Assembly (NCBI RefSeq): GCF_006345805.1
Contig: NC_043004.1
Coordinates: 35,464,001 to 35,528,000 of the forward strand
From: Octopus sinensis
Lineage: Eukaryota
Length of the DNA stretch: 64,000 nucleotides
Direction of reading: 5' to 3'
Below are positions 1-13,116 of this stretch, in pieces. Every line of letters begins with the position of its first letter. Positions within the stretch are counted from its first letter, which is position 1. A program made the translations under genes and the position numbers. The notes beneath the pieces are model-generated. The model made no database searches and was not told the origin of the DNA. It saw only the letters and a list, made by a program, of their open reading frames with translations.

Positions 1-395
1 TATCTTTTACAGTTGACATAAACAGTTTCTTGTAAACAATATTCAAACATAAAATTAGAACTATAACAGAAGAAATATTATTTTGATATATGTGAGATTG
101 CACACACACACACGGGTGTATAGCACACTCATGTAGTTATATACATTTTTATTTATTTACCAGTTTCTTTCCTTGGACAGCAGCCATGTCAAGAACCAAC
201 ATCAAATATTTTGTCATTCATCCCAACCCAGCATTTATTTCAGTTTGGTAATTATTTTATTGATCTCTGTTATATTGATCTCCATTGATATAACTGCTAA
301 ATAATGGCCAAAGAACAAACATGGGACACAATTTCGGTGATTCTCAGCTAAGAATAGGTGCGTAGTCCAACTTCTTTTGCCTAAATATATCTATG

Positions 396-820
396 ATGAT
401 CGTTACCAGTGTCGCCTTACTGGCACTTGTGCCCATGCTAGTAGGGTGCCAAGAGCACCATCTGAGCGTGATCGTTGCCAGAGCAGCCAACTGGCTCTGT
501 GCCAGTGGAATGTAAAAGGACACCATTCGAGCGTGATCGTTACCAACATCGCCTTACTGGCACCTGTGCCGGTGGCATGTGTAAAAAGATTTGAGCGAGG
601 TCATTGCCAGTACCGCCTGACTGGCCCCGTGCTGGTGGCACATAAAAAGCACCCACTACACTCTCGGAGTGGTTAGTGTTAGGAAGAGCATCCAGCTGTA
701 GAAACTCTGCCAGATCAAGATTGGAGCCTGGTGCCACCGTCTGGTTCGCCAGCCCTCAGTCAAAATCGTCCAACTCATGCTAGCATGGAATGTGGACGTT
801 AAACGATGATGATGATGATC
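396..820 (+). mobile_element. RTE-type 3'-end / SINE copy with (GAT)n tail (family A)
   Basis: Internal tandem units 'gtgatcgttaccag..gccttactggcac', then '..ccagctgtagaaac..gctagcatggaa..cgttaaacgatgatgat'. Near-identical copies at 2848, 16335, 29645, 30275 and 61051. Confidence 0.8.
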
Positions 821-1511
821 GCCAACTCAATTTTATTTCTCTTTACCAACATATGTCAGTATTTCAGATTTGAGAGAACTTCTACCACAGACCACCCTAA
901 TTTTGGTTTAAATTTTGTGTAATAAATATTAATTGTTAATTGGAAATCTTTTGCACTCTTGAAGATGGTTCCTCTAACATCATTGCAGTTCATTAGTGAG
1001 GCTAGCTCCCGTCAAACTGTCCAACCCATGCCAGCATGGAAGTTGGACATTAAACGATGATAATGATGATGATGTATGTGTGCGTGTGTGTGTACATGCC
1101 CACACACTGATATATAAATGGATGTATATATTTACACACACATACACACATGTAAATATATACAAATAAAAGAAAATGTGTACATACATCAAGTTCAAGC
1201 ATTTGTGATTAATCCGTTAAAATGCATAATTTTGTCACTGCTCTTCGAACTAGCAATAGTGGTTCTCATATGAACCTACTTGATGCTATTAAAACCAATA
1301 TTGTTTACAGTTTTGCAGAGTTTGTTTCCATTGTCAATGAATCTTTACCAGATAACATAATGCTCTCAAAGAAATATATTTTTGCATACAAAAACATCTT
1401 CTACTTACTTAATAAAGACTATTTTTCTTAAATTTTCTGTCACTACAATGGTGCCTTATAATGAAATTTCATAGAAACAGTTCAAACTGAACTTTTGAAC
1501 ATTTCATTTTC

Positions 1512-1681
1512 GAGTGCAGGAGTGGTAAGTAGCTTGCTTACCAACCACATGGTTTCAGGTTCAGTCCCACTGCCTGGCACCTTCGGCAAGTGTCTTCTAC
1601 TGTAGCCTCGGGCCGACCAAAGCCTTGTGAGTGGATTTGGTAGACGGAAACTGAAAGAAGCCCGTCGTATATATGTATATG

Positions 1682-1714
<33 letters not shown>

Positions 1715-1920
1715 TTTTGTGTGTCTGTGTTTGCCCCTGCAACATCGCTTGACAACTGATACTGGTGTTTCTGTGTCCCTGTAACTTAGCGGTTTGGCAA
1801 AAGATACTGATAGAATAAGTACTAGGCTTACAAAGAATAAGTCCTGGGGTCGATTTCCTCAACTAAAGGCAGTGCTCCAGCATGGCCACAGTCAAATGAC
1901 TGAAACAAGTAAAAGAGTAA
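1512..1920 (+). mobile_element. tRNA-derived SINE with internal (TA)n(TG)n (family B)
   Basis: Pol III-like head ('tggtaagtagc', 'ggttcagtccc'), central microsatellite, tail 'ctgaaacaagtaaaagagtaa'. Copies at 4488, 6921, 11713 and 29416. Confidence 0.85.
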
Positions 1921-2545
1921 ATGTTACAATTGGTGAGGTCTTTTCGTCAAGTATTTCCACGCTTACCTGTTATTCTACAAGGTTCCCTAGTTTGGCATGA
2001 CTACAAATGCTTAACAGACTTCTCTTGTTTATTGATATTATACTGCAAGAAATTACTTTAGAATTTTTTAACCAAATGACCATTACTTGATAATATCAGC
2101 TTTAACTATTTCATCAGAATTCCTCTGGAATCGACAAGGTACTCTTTAGTAGCCTTGTAGAAATTCTTTTTCATGTAAAATGTAAAAAAACACACAAATA
2201 AAAATATATCGTAACTACACCTAATTTGGAGTGAGTTCTTGCAGGATGAATGGGAGAAGAATAATTCATACAAATGGTGATCTCAACTAAAGAAAAACAT
2301 TTCTGATCTGATAGCCTCATGAAAAAACATTGATGTTCCAGGAATTACGACAGACTATAAAAATGTCTTTGTGCCACAGGAACAAAAATGTTCTTCCTTT
2401 CATCGTTGCAACTTTATTCATTCTTGATTTACATTCAAGCCAACAATGTCAGATGTAGTTGAAGATATTATTGACAAATCAGCTACAGAATGGAAACGTA
2501 AAGGTGTACAGGCATTGGTCAGTATTAATCTTCCTCCCTTTTGCC

Positions 2546-2765
2546 TTAACTCTTTAGTGACCATCTTTCTGCTGAAAAAAATTCCTCGTTTCAATTAGTT
2601 TTCAAAGATAATGGGGAATTTAATAAAATAAATTTGTTGTTATTTAGCTGGTGTTCATTAACATGAAATTTTCATGGAAGATTTAAAGTTAGATCACTTT
2701 AAAAGAGAAAATTTCTGTCAAAGAACCAGGAACTGTGTCAGGCAGATTGGTATCAAAACGGTTAA
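2546..2765. mobile_element. Probable piggyBac-type MITE
   Basis: TTAA at both ends (2546-2549, 2762-2765) with imperfect TIRs (ctctttagtgacca / reverse complement ccgttttgatacca). The left end matches the MITE at 50148. Confidence 0.45.
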
Positions 2766-2847
2766 CAACCAGACTATCTGGTTTACACTGATCCAGGTTC
2801 ATTACCTGATCCAGGTATGTTAATACGGAAACTATTTATTGCCTTTT

Positions 2848-3116
2848 GATGCTTCTGTGCCGGTGGCACGTAAAAAGCACCAACCGATCGTGGCCGCTGC
2901 CAGCCTCCCCTGGCACATAAAAAGCACCCACTACACTCATGGAATGGTTGGCATTAGGAAGGGCATCCAGCTGTAAAAACACTGCCAGATCATACTGGAG
3001 TCTGGTGCAGCCTCCTGGTTTCCCAGACCCTGGTCGAACCGTCCAACCCGTGCTAGCATGGAAAACGGACGTTAAACGATGATGATGATGATGATGATGA
3101 TGACGATGATGATGAT
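2848..3116 (+). mobile_element. Family A RTE-tail SINE
   Basis: Same body as 396-820, ending in (GAT)n. Confidence 0.8.
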
Positions 3117-4487
3117 CTTTTGCCAGCCTAGCAGTACTCAAGAAGTCACACAATTTACTCATTGTTTCCCAGGTACTGTTAGTTGTACAGTTCAGAAAAA
3201 AAGAATTAAAAGCATCACCATCAACAATAACCTTCTCCAAAGCTTTGAAATTTTTCCTCCTCTTTAACAACAACCTGTAAAATAAAAACAGGTTTACTCA
3301 AGATTTACTTCCTTTTATTTCTTCTTGTTTTTAAGAAGTTTACTTAAAGCAGTGTTGTTGCTATCAACATTAGCAAATCTTTTGTAAGTGTCTCACACGG
3401 GAGTCTCCAGTAAAACTAACTTCCTATGGACTTCATCTCTCAAATTGGTGGCTTCTTGTCAGATCCCACAAACCTAATATATGCCTCAGAGTTTGGTTTT
3501 CATTCCCACACACTTCGTTTTATACATGAACAACATACCTTCAGTTACCTCCAACGATGCCCACTCCTACACAGAAAACCACTCTATTCTTTTCTAACTA
3601 TATCCTTCCAAACATTGCTACATGCAAACTTGCTTTGATTCCATGTACAGTAACTGCAAACACATCAACAGAATTATACCTATCTTGCTCTCATAAAGAG
3701 CAAAAAGATAGAATTACTGAGCATATTAAGATAGAATCACTGCTCCTCCTCTTAGACTAAATACAAACAGTTCTCTACTAAAACCCCAATTAACAATTCA
3801 AATAACCTGTTATCGAAATGCCAACCTTGACATTTTCTGTATCATGTTGAATTTCCTTGAGAGCAGCATTAAAGGTATGTCTGTGGAGTGCTTGGCTACT
3901 TGCACATCAATTTCACAAACTGATTGTTCTTTTGATCAAATGGAACACACATTGTCATAACCGATGGAGAGCCACACACACACATTATATATATATATAT
4001 ATATATATATTACAGATATGTACTTATATAGCAAGTGACTTGATCTGAGATTGTGTGCTGAAACAAAAACAATTGCAGCATAGAAGGTGTTTATAAGCCA
4101 TTTGAAAACACACAAAAACCATTAGATTCACTTCAACATTTAAATTCAATTTGTCAAAATTTTTTCATCACTTTAAAACTGTGACCTGGTCACTAACAAA
4201 ATTCCATTCTGCATGGCATACAGGAGCATCAATTAATTATGATTTTATTCAACATATTCCCCTCTAAAATTCAAACACTAATGACAGTAGTCCTTCAGTT
4301 TTTTTAAGCCTTGTAAAAGAATTTGGAAGGTTGAGCCTCCAATCAGGCCTTTCATGACACCCTTGAGGCCAGGAACTTTTCGGTGCCCCTAGTATATTCT
4401 AATCTTAAAAATCGACCACTCTATTGGCTTGAACCAAACTCTACTTCAGTCAGCCTTAGATGTTCCACACCTTTTCTTAAATGAATT

Positions 4488-4686
4488 CTTTTAATTGTTT
4501 CAGTCATTTGACTGTGGCCATGCTGGAGCACCAACTTTAGTTGAACAAATCGAACCCAGGACCTATTCTTTGTAAGCCTAATACTTATTCTATCGGTTTC
4601 TTTTGCCAACCCACCAAGTTACAGGGATGCAAACACACCAACATCGGTTATAAAGCAATGGAGAGGGGACAAACACAGACACACAA

Positions 4687-4723
<37 letters not shown>

Positions 4724-4880
4724 CGACAGGCTTCTTTCAATTTCTGTCTACCAAATCAACTCACAAGGCTTTGGTTGCCCGAGGCTATAGTAGAAAACAC
4801 TTGCCCAAGATGCCATGCAGTGAGACTGAACCCGGAACCATGTGGTTGGTAAGCAAGCTACTTACCACACAACCACTCCT
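4488..4880 (-). mobile_element. Family B tRNA-derived SINE
   Basis: Reverse complement of 1512-1920. Confidence 0.85.
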
Positions 4881-6920
4881 CTCTGTGTGAATAATGGCCA
4901 GGGAATGTAAACTTGAGAGTTTTGTGAAAGGAAAACTCAGAGCAAATGTCACCCAAATTTATAATAATTTTCAACATGAGTTTTTGTGGTAAATTAGGGT
5001 TCATTATACATTTGCAGTAATTAATCTGATGAAATACAAAAATTTTAATTAAACAAGGCAATTGCTATTTCAAGGGGAGATAAATATTGTTGATCAATAC
5101 TTAATAAGAACAAACAAAAGCAAGAGTGACAACCGGAATTTCTTCTTTAATTAGTGCTCACATCAGAGTTACAATTAATTAAAATTATTTAAATAATAAC
5201 CGAATTTCTGTCCTAAAAATACTTCAGTAGTTTCAAAGATGGTAAAGTGAAGAAAAAAGAAAACAATAAAAGATTCTTGCAAACAAAAATGCTTTGCATA
5301 TATGTGAGGTGCCGACCTTCTCAAACAGCCAAATCAGTTTTTAGAGATCATGTGAGAGGAATTTACTAGACAGATGCTATGTGAAAATATTTGTTTGTGT
5401 TAACAGCTCAAACATCTATGGAATACCCAACCACACTGCACTCAGTTAGTAGAGCATTAGATTGAACAGCTGGATGTTCATATGTTAAAATCAGTGGGAG
5501 ATTTCGGTTTGTGTGTGTGTGTGTGTGTGTGTGTGTAGACTTGCCTGCATGTATGTAGAGATTCTGCAAGCATACATTGCTAAGAGTAGAGTCATGTGGC
5601 TTGGTAGTTATGGTGTTGTACTCATAAACATAAGTTTGTGGTTTCGATTCCTGGACCAGGCATTGCATTGTGTTCTTGAGCAAAACAAGTCATTTCATAT
5701 TACTCCAGTTCACTCAGCAGACAGAAATGAGTGTTTCTTTGACAGAGCAGCGTCCCAACCAGAATAGAAAATATAACCCCACAGAAACCAGGAAACCAGC
5801 TTTATGAATCTCTATGACACGAGAAGGAGCTTTAAGCTTTTAGTGGTAAAAAAAACAAAAACAACATCAACGAGAAAGCAAAAGAATAAGCAAACTCTGA
5901 GTCACTCTCATCACCAGAGAGAAAGATAACAGACCAAAAATTGGTCGAATGAAAACCTGAAACTGTTGACGATTCTGTTCGTGAAATGTGATGTTAAATA
6001 AATGAGAGCTTGAAATCATTTGGAAATAGTCTTATTAATATTCATCTCCTATAACTATCATGTAATCAAGACTAGTTTATCAATCGTTTACTTGATGTTT
6101 GATAAGATGAGATTCAGAAGAGGTTTTTCTGGTCTTCTGCCTCGGTAGTGTATCATGTTTTGCAGTATTTTGCTGATGGGTGGATATTGAATTGTTTCTG
6201 TGGATTATCTTGTTAAAACCAGTTCTCTGATATTCCTGTTAGGATAATAATTGAATATTTTATGGTGTCTATTGTGTATTTTGAACAGTTTGGGGACTTG
6301 CCTCAATATTAGACTATTTATATTTATTTCATAATATATAAGAGAGAGTGAGAAGAGGGAAAGAGAAAGAGACGGAGAGGGAGAGAGAGAAAACATGATG
6401 TTGAAAATGAATGAGAATAAATGTAATGCAATAGGAAGAAGTGTTTATTTTATCAGAGGATAAATGTAATAAATTGGATCATTTCCTGATTCATTTAACA
6501 GATCTAACATTTGAATTTGTGACACTCTTTTCATAATGTTTCCAGTGATTCGAATGCTTACTAGAAGCATCAAATATATCTTGGCGTTTTTATGGATCAT
6601 CTAATGCATTAAATATTGCAGCAAATTGAGAATCACTAACGATACTACTACTACTACTATAACCACTACAACTTCTACTACAACTAACAACAACAACAAT
6701 GACAGCAACAACAATGACACCATTCATAATAAAATAAGCATTAACATAGAACTTCAAGCTGAGTCTGAAAGATTCTAGATTGTAGCATACGAACATAGTT
6801 TTCCCATTAGAAACCCTTAAAAGTATGTAATGAAGCAAAATATAATAAGTCAAGAAACAAGGATTCATTAACCACATTTCCTCTGGTTATCCAGATTTAG
6901 CCATCGAAGAATGCATCTAT

Positions 6921-7092
6921 AGGCGCAGGAGTGGCTGTGTGGTAAGTAGCTTGCTAACCAACCGCATGGTTCCGGGTTCAGTCCCACTGCGTGGCATCTT
7001 GGGCAAGTGTCTTCTGCTATAGTCTCGGGTCGACCAAAGCCTTGTGAGTGGATTTGGTAGACGGAAACTGAAAGAAGCCTGACGTATATATG

Positions 7093-7123
<31 letters not shown>

Positions 7124-7317
7124 ATATGTTTGTGTGTCTGTGTTTGTCCCTCTAGCATGCTGGTGTGTTTACGTACCCGTCACTTAGCGGTTTGGCAAAA
7201 GAGACCGATAGAATAAGTACTGGGCTTACAAAGAATAAGTCCCGGGGTCGATTTGCTCGACTAAAGGTGGTGCTCCAGCATGGCTGCAGTCAAATGACTG
7301 AAAAGAGTAAAAGAGAG
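6921..7317 (+). mobile_element. Family B tRNA-derived SINE
   Basis: Full-length match to 1512-1920. Confidence 0.85.
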
Positions 7318-7379
7318 TATAGGCATATGAGATGTGGAGCTAGCAAACACCAGAGGTTATACAGTTCGATATTTAAGAG

Positions 7380-7427
7380 ATGAGGAATTATTTACATTAG
7401 ACGGATATTTGTCCTCATCTTGTTTGA

Positions 7428-7469
<42 letters not shown>

Positions 7470-7616
7470 AGTCACTGCCTGGAATCGAACTTAGAATCTT
7501 GGGGTTAGCAGCCTGCACTCTTAACCACTATGCCATATACCCATAGGCATATGGCGTAGTGGTTAAGAGTGCGGGCTACTAACCCCCAAGATTCTGAGTT
7601 CAATTCTAGGCAGTGA

Positions 7617-7655
<39 letters not shown>

Positions 7656-7873
7656 GGCAAGAAACGGAAGAAAATTTGAAGAAAGAAGGAAAAAATAATA
7701 ATAATAACAACCACAACAACAACATCGAAAAACACATTAGGAATGAGAACCAAGGTTGGAAATTTCCCTAAGGCACCTGATGAAGGCTGGAGGGTATATC
7801 AGCTGAAACATTGTGTTGACAACAAACAAGGTGAGGGTAAATATCTGTCAATTGTAAATAATGTAAATAATGT
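7380..7873 (+). mobile_element. tRNA-headed short retroelement with HHR-like body, preceded by an inverted, internally deleted copy
   Basis: Head 7549-7620 has an A-box-like 'tggcgtagtggtt' and a B-box-like 'gagttcaattc'. It is followed by (AAT)n, a CTGATGA..GAAA motif at 7777-7808 and a tail at 7819-7873. 7468-7538 is the reverse complement of the head and 7380-7428 of the tail. Confidence 0.7.
7772..7817 (+). ncRNA. Degenerate minimal hammerhead ribozyme-like motif
   Basis: ggcac-CTGATGA-aggctg..cagct-GAAAC-aTT-gtgtt. Stem I is 5 bp (2 G-U), stem II has one bulge, and stem III is loopless and mismatched. Confidence 0.45.
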
Positions 7874-8566
7874 AGCAGAGGTTATGTCAGCATTATGAAA
7901 TAACAGCAGGAGAGAGGCAGTATAAGACAGTGGCTAGTCTCAGAGTTATGCCAATCCATGCAGACAGTTAAATCAAAGATAATTGACTAGACAAAGTCAT
8001 CAAGAACCATTAGAAAAGGAAGTGCCTCCTAAGCACAGTATCAGTCTAACAAACGATAATCATCATCATCATTTTAACATCCATTTTTCCTGGTTGGTTT
8101 GCAAGGAGATGCAAGGCCAGGGGCTGAACCAGGTTCCAATGTCTGTTTTGGCTCGGTTTCAACACCTGGATGCCCTTCCTAATGCCAATCACTTTACAGA
8201 GTGCTTTTTTTTGTGACACCAGAACTTTTTAGATGTTAGCATGGTTTGAAGATGTCAATTCTGTTGTGGAGGATGGGTCCACAGTCTGCCATCCATGCAA
8301 GAAGTGCAAAAGATTGTTTCAAATGGTATATGTCTAATGCATTGAGAAGAGCATTGTTGCTGTGAATTGCTTCCTTTCTTTGCATATAAATATATAACCT
8401 AACTTACAGGACATATAAATAGGCACAATACAGAAAATGGACTTTGACTGTTGTAAAACGTATCAAAACCAGAATAAAACACTGTACATACCCAAAGCAC
8501 ATGGAGCTGATTAATAGCAATAATAAGGAATATGATGATGAAAATGATGTTAGCAATAGTGGATGT

Positions 8567-9112
8567 AGTACCAAGCATTGGCTTTCATGACCTCTGACCT
8601 TAACTGATTGGAAGTGTTATCATGTACATGTTTTGTTTGGGTATAAAAGATGGGCTACAGCAAATATTCTGCTCAATACCACAGATTTGCATGACAGTTA
8701 TTTGACCTTAACTAGTTAAGCATGCCCCTCAGTTACAGACAATATGTACATCTCTGATTATGAGCAGAAGTGGTGGTGGAGCATCATAACCATGTGTTGA
8801 GAGGAATTCTTTGGAGTTTGGATAATCTACCTTTGGAAACACGGGTGTTTTGTTCAACATTCTTAAACAACCCTTATTCAGAGATCTTTTGAGCAGGATG
8901 GGTTATTCAACCTGAAGAAAATTCTAATTGGGCCCCATCTGCAAGGTCATGCACTGTTTATCTTGATATGGGATCACCATGTTGTGCACATGTGGTTCTG
9001 ATGCATGTGTCAGGTGTACCCTTATTAAATGGGTAGTCATGATGGGTATACTGGGCATTGTATATTTTACCCCAGTGTCAATTTGCTGGCATGCACTGCT
9101 CTCTCACTCAAT
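8567..9112 (+). mobile_element. ~540 bp non-autonomous element (family D)
   Basis: Reverse-complement match along its length to 13117-13650; the 3' end runs into an aat/cat repeat. Confidence 0.75.
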
Positions 9113-10090
9113 AATCATCATCATCATCGTTTAACATCCGCTTTCCATGCTGGCAAGGATCACATTCAAACAGTGCTTTTTACATGCCCCCAGCACAGGA
9201 ACCAGTCAGGCAGCACTGGCAATGATCATGCTCAAATGGTGCTTTTAACATGCCACTGTCATGGGTGCCAATCTGTCCAACCCAGCATAGAAGACAGATG
9301 CTAAATAATGATGATGATGATGATGATGAATTCTTTCTACAGTTGGCACAAGGCTTAAAATTTTGAGGGAGGGGAAGTTGATTACATCACCTTCAGTAAT
9401 TGACTGACACTTATTTTATCAATCCCAAATGGACGAAAGGCTAAGTCGATCTTAGCAGGACTTGTGTCCAGAATAGAAACAGCCAGAAAAATTCATGTTT
9501 AGTATTTCTTCTACAAACGTTGAATTTTCTAACTTGTTCAACTCTTAACCTATACATGGATGTGAGCATTTGTTTGTGTCTATCAACTGAATGGAGTCCA
9601 TGCATCTAGGAATTATATCTAGGTACATACATAAATACATACTTACTCACATACACACACACACACATACACATACATACACACACACACATCAATACAC
9701 ATGCAACCATCTATAAATGTCTATGTAATTATATCTGACATATGTGATTAAACAGAGATATGTACAAAAGATACATCTTTGAATCTATTTCACTTGATAT
9801 GGCTTGGGGGGAAAGAATTTTGAATGTCACATCTCCTCCTGCTTTCACATGAAACCAATTGCACTATAACACCAGTGAAGAGTAGCAAAGATTTTAAATA
9901 GATCAGCAAAAATGGCGGAATTTCAGGACTGAATTTACTTCACCTGTGTGTTAAATATGTGAGTAGTTTATCAGTTTATATAACATATACACACACAAAT
10001 ACCAGTTCATATACACAACATAAATACGTCTCAATAAATGCTGCCATGCAATGCCTACAGGAAAATCTTTCTTTCTTTCTTATCCCCCAC

Positions 10091-10106
10091 CTACTACTAC
10101 CACCAT

Positions 10107-10172
<66 letters not shown>

Positions 10173-10217
10173 CATTACTACTACTACTACTACCACTACT
10201 ACTACTACTACTACCAT

Positions 10218-10253
<36 letters not shown>

Positions 10254-10256
10254 CAT
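10091..10256. repeat. Long (TAC)n trinucleotide microsatellite with CAC/CAT interruptions
   Basis: Directly visible. It explains the poly-Y, poly-T, poly-L and poly-V ORFs. Confidence 0.95.
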
Positions 10257-11712
10257 TTCATTGCTAACATAGCCACAGTTGCCAGCACCAGTGCTACAAT
10301 AATTACTACTACTACTACTACTAGTAGTAGTTCTGCTGTTGCACCTAACTGCACCACTGCTCATCTATTTCCATTGTCTTCCTGTAAGAGAGAATAACCA
10401 AAGAAATGTTGAACATCACAGTCAATCTTTAACTAATAATTACTGCTCAGAAAGGATAGCAGAATAAACAAATAAAATAATAAATATTCAAGTAACAAAT
10501 AAATAACTCCAGAGCTAAACAAACTGCATCAAAAAAAAAATATTTCAGTGTTCATGGTTGATGTATGCCTTTTACGGATTTCATCTGACTTGGATCCAAG
10601 ATAAAAGCGGAAGAGAGCTAAGAATCACATACACAAAAAAAAAAAAGGAAAATGAGAACAAATAAAAAGACAGAAACAACAACAACATCAAGAAGCGTAA
10701 CAAAGAATAACAAGTAAAGAGACAACAATAAGAATTCAGATGAAAGTAAAGCAACAAGAAGACCAAAAACAATGAACTAATAAAAAAATTATTACCTTCC
10801 TTGCACAAAGAAAGAATGATAAAGCAAAAATCTATTTGTAAAATTGAATCATTATTGCATTGCATTTCTAGTCTAAACTGACAATTGGAATTTAGCAGTG
10901 CAGAGAACTTCACTGCTTCTAGTGGCATCCAAAGACTCTGTTTTAAATATTACTAGAACACCATGGATTCTGGTGACATCTAGTAAAAGAGATTCTACCA
11001 TTGAAGCCAAGAATGAGGTGATTTAAAGATGTGAAAGGAATACAGTATTGTCCCAAAAATATTTTAATTCTGCTAAGAGATATGTTGGTTTTGATAAGGC
11101 AGTCACGATTATTTGAGCATCGTTTGAAGGTATTTCTCAAGTCTTGTTACAAAAGAATAACAAAATATTCCAAGCAAAGAAAACATCTTGTTTTCAAGAA
11201 CTACCACTAGTTACTGGTATGCTACTAACACAGCTAGTTTGTTTGTTGCTGATTACAAGAGATAGCTTATTAAACTCAAATACTGATCTTTGTATTGGAA
11301 GGTAATTCCTGTTTTCTACAACTTATTGATGCCACAAGCAACACTCAGGAAAACTCTGCTATTTCAATAAAGTGATGTAACCAAACATTGTTATAGCAAC
11401 AACAGCAGCAGCAGTAGCAGTCCCTGTAGCAAGTACAAGAATATCAACTGTGGTGGTGGTGGTGGTGGTGGCAGCAGCAGTTGTGGTGCAAAAACAAAAA
11501 CAAGAGAAATCAGAACGAAGAGAAATAACAACAACTGCAATTATGGTGGCTGCAACAATAACAACTTATCTAACAAGTGTGGTAGACTCTACTTTTACTT
11601 TACTGGTTTCTGTCAGAGGCTAAGATGCTGGAGTATTGTCCTTATATACAACAGTACATACAAGCTAAATATATTTCATAGAATCTCAGATTTTTCTGTA
11701 TTAAAATTTCAC

Positions 11713-12114
11713 CAAGGAGTGGCTGTGTGGTAAGTAGCTTGCTTACCAACCACATGTTCCGGGTTCATTCCCACTGCATGGCACTTTGGGCAAGTGTCTT
11801 CTGCTATAGCCTTGGGCCGACCAAAGCCTTGTGAGTGGACTTGGTAGACGGAAACTAAAAGAAGCCCATCATATATATGTATATATATATATGTATGTGT
11901 GTGTGTATGTATTTGTGTTTGTCCCACCAACATCACTTGACAATTGATGGTGGTGTGTTTATGTCCCCGTAACTTGGCAGTTCAGCAAAAATGACTGATA
12001 GAATAAAGTACTAGGCTTACAAAGAATAAGTCCAAGGGTTGATTTGTTCGACTAAAGGCGGTGCTCCAGCATGGCCACAGTCGAAATGACTGAAACAAGT
12101 AAAAGAGTAAAAGA
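11713..12114 (+). mobile_element. Family B tRNA-derived SINE
   Basis: Full-length match to 1512-1920. Confidence 0.85.
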
Positions 12115-13116
12115 ATGTCAACTTTGCCTTCTATCCCTCTGAGGTGATAAAGTAGGTACCAGGTGTATACTTGGGAATGATCATAATCATCATCATCATA
12201 ACCATCACCACTACCACCATCATCATCTCATCATCATCATCATCGTCGTCGTTGTTGTTGTTGCCATCATCACTGTTTTACTGCAAACTTATATAATGTA
12301 GAAATATCTATTCGCATCGAAGCCCTTTAGCTATGAAGTTCCGATTGAGATGTAAACATCCTAATGTTTCTCTTTAGTAAACAGAGAAAGAACAGGGTAT
12401 TTTCTAATAGACTTGTTCTGGAGGTTGTCACTTCCTTTTCAGAGAAACTGCATCCTTTATTTTTCAGTTCGATATTAATATATTGCACATTTCAGATATG
12501 AATTTTAAGCTGTGTTCAACAAAAACTATGTTGCTTAATTACATATACTATTAACGTATTACATGAAAATTTATGATACTTCTTTTAAGATTCTCACGTA
12601 GGTTGACAAACAGACAGAGTGATATGAATTATCATTTCTCTGGATAACTGAGAAATAAAGAGTGTATTTTCTCTGAAGAGATGACAATATGTACTGAAAC
12701 AGAATTGTAATAAGATTCCTTGCTAATTTATTTTGTTCAGAGTTAAACACTAGATTACTTACACTTCTTTGCTACTTTCACAGTTAAAAAGCTTTCAAGT
12801 GAATAATTAGAGATATTTTCTTTATGCATTTCAGATATGATTTATAGTGTGGTCATCATCATCATCATCATCATTACAGTTGTTACTAAGAAGCAAAGCT
12901 GGCAGAGTCACTTGTGCTCCAGACAAAATGTGACATTCCTTCTAGCTTTTTACATTCCAAGTTCAAATTCTGCCAAGGTTGATTTTGCCTTTTATCCTTT
13001 TGGGAGCCAATAAAATAAATACCAGTTGAGCACTGGAAATGATTTACTTGATCAATGTCCACCAACTTGTTGGCCCTGGGCCAAAATTCGAAATAACATA
13101 ATTATTATTATTATTA

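Noticed and set aside
344-737. Overlapping ORFs recurring at 16421, 29621 and 30360
   Set aside because: Read-through of the GC-richer family A repeat, not genes.
2062-2138. Small TGA-containing plus-strand exon candidate that might splice to 2245
   Set aside because: It ends in phase 2 while 2245 needs phase 0, which argues against a coherent TGA-recoded gene model.
7549-7620. Functional tRNA gene
   Set aside because: The acceptor stem is not formed and the sequence is embedded in a repeat; treated as a SINE head.
9959-10397. Long poly-L/Y/T/V ORFs
   Set aside because: All frames of one (TAC)n microsatellite; no non-repeat coding signal.
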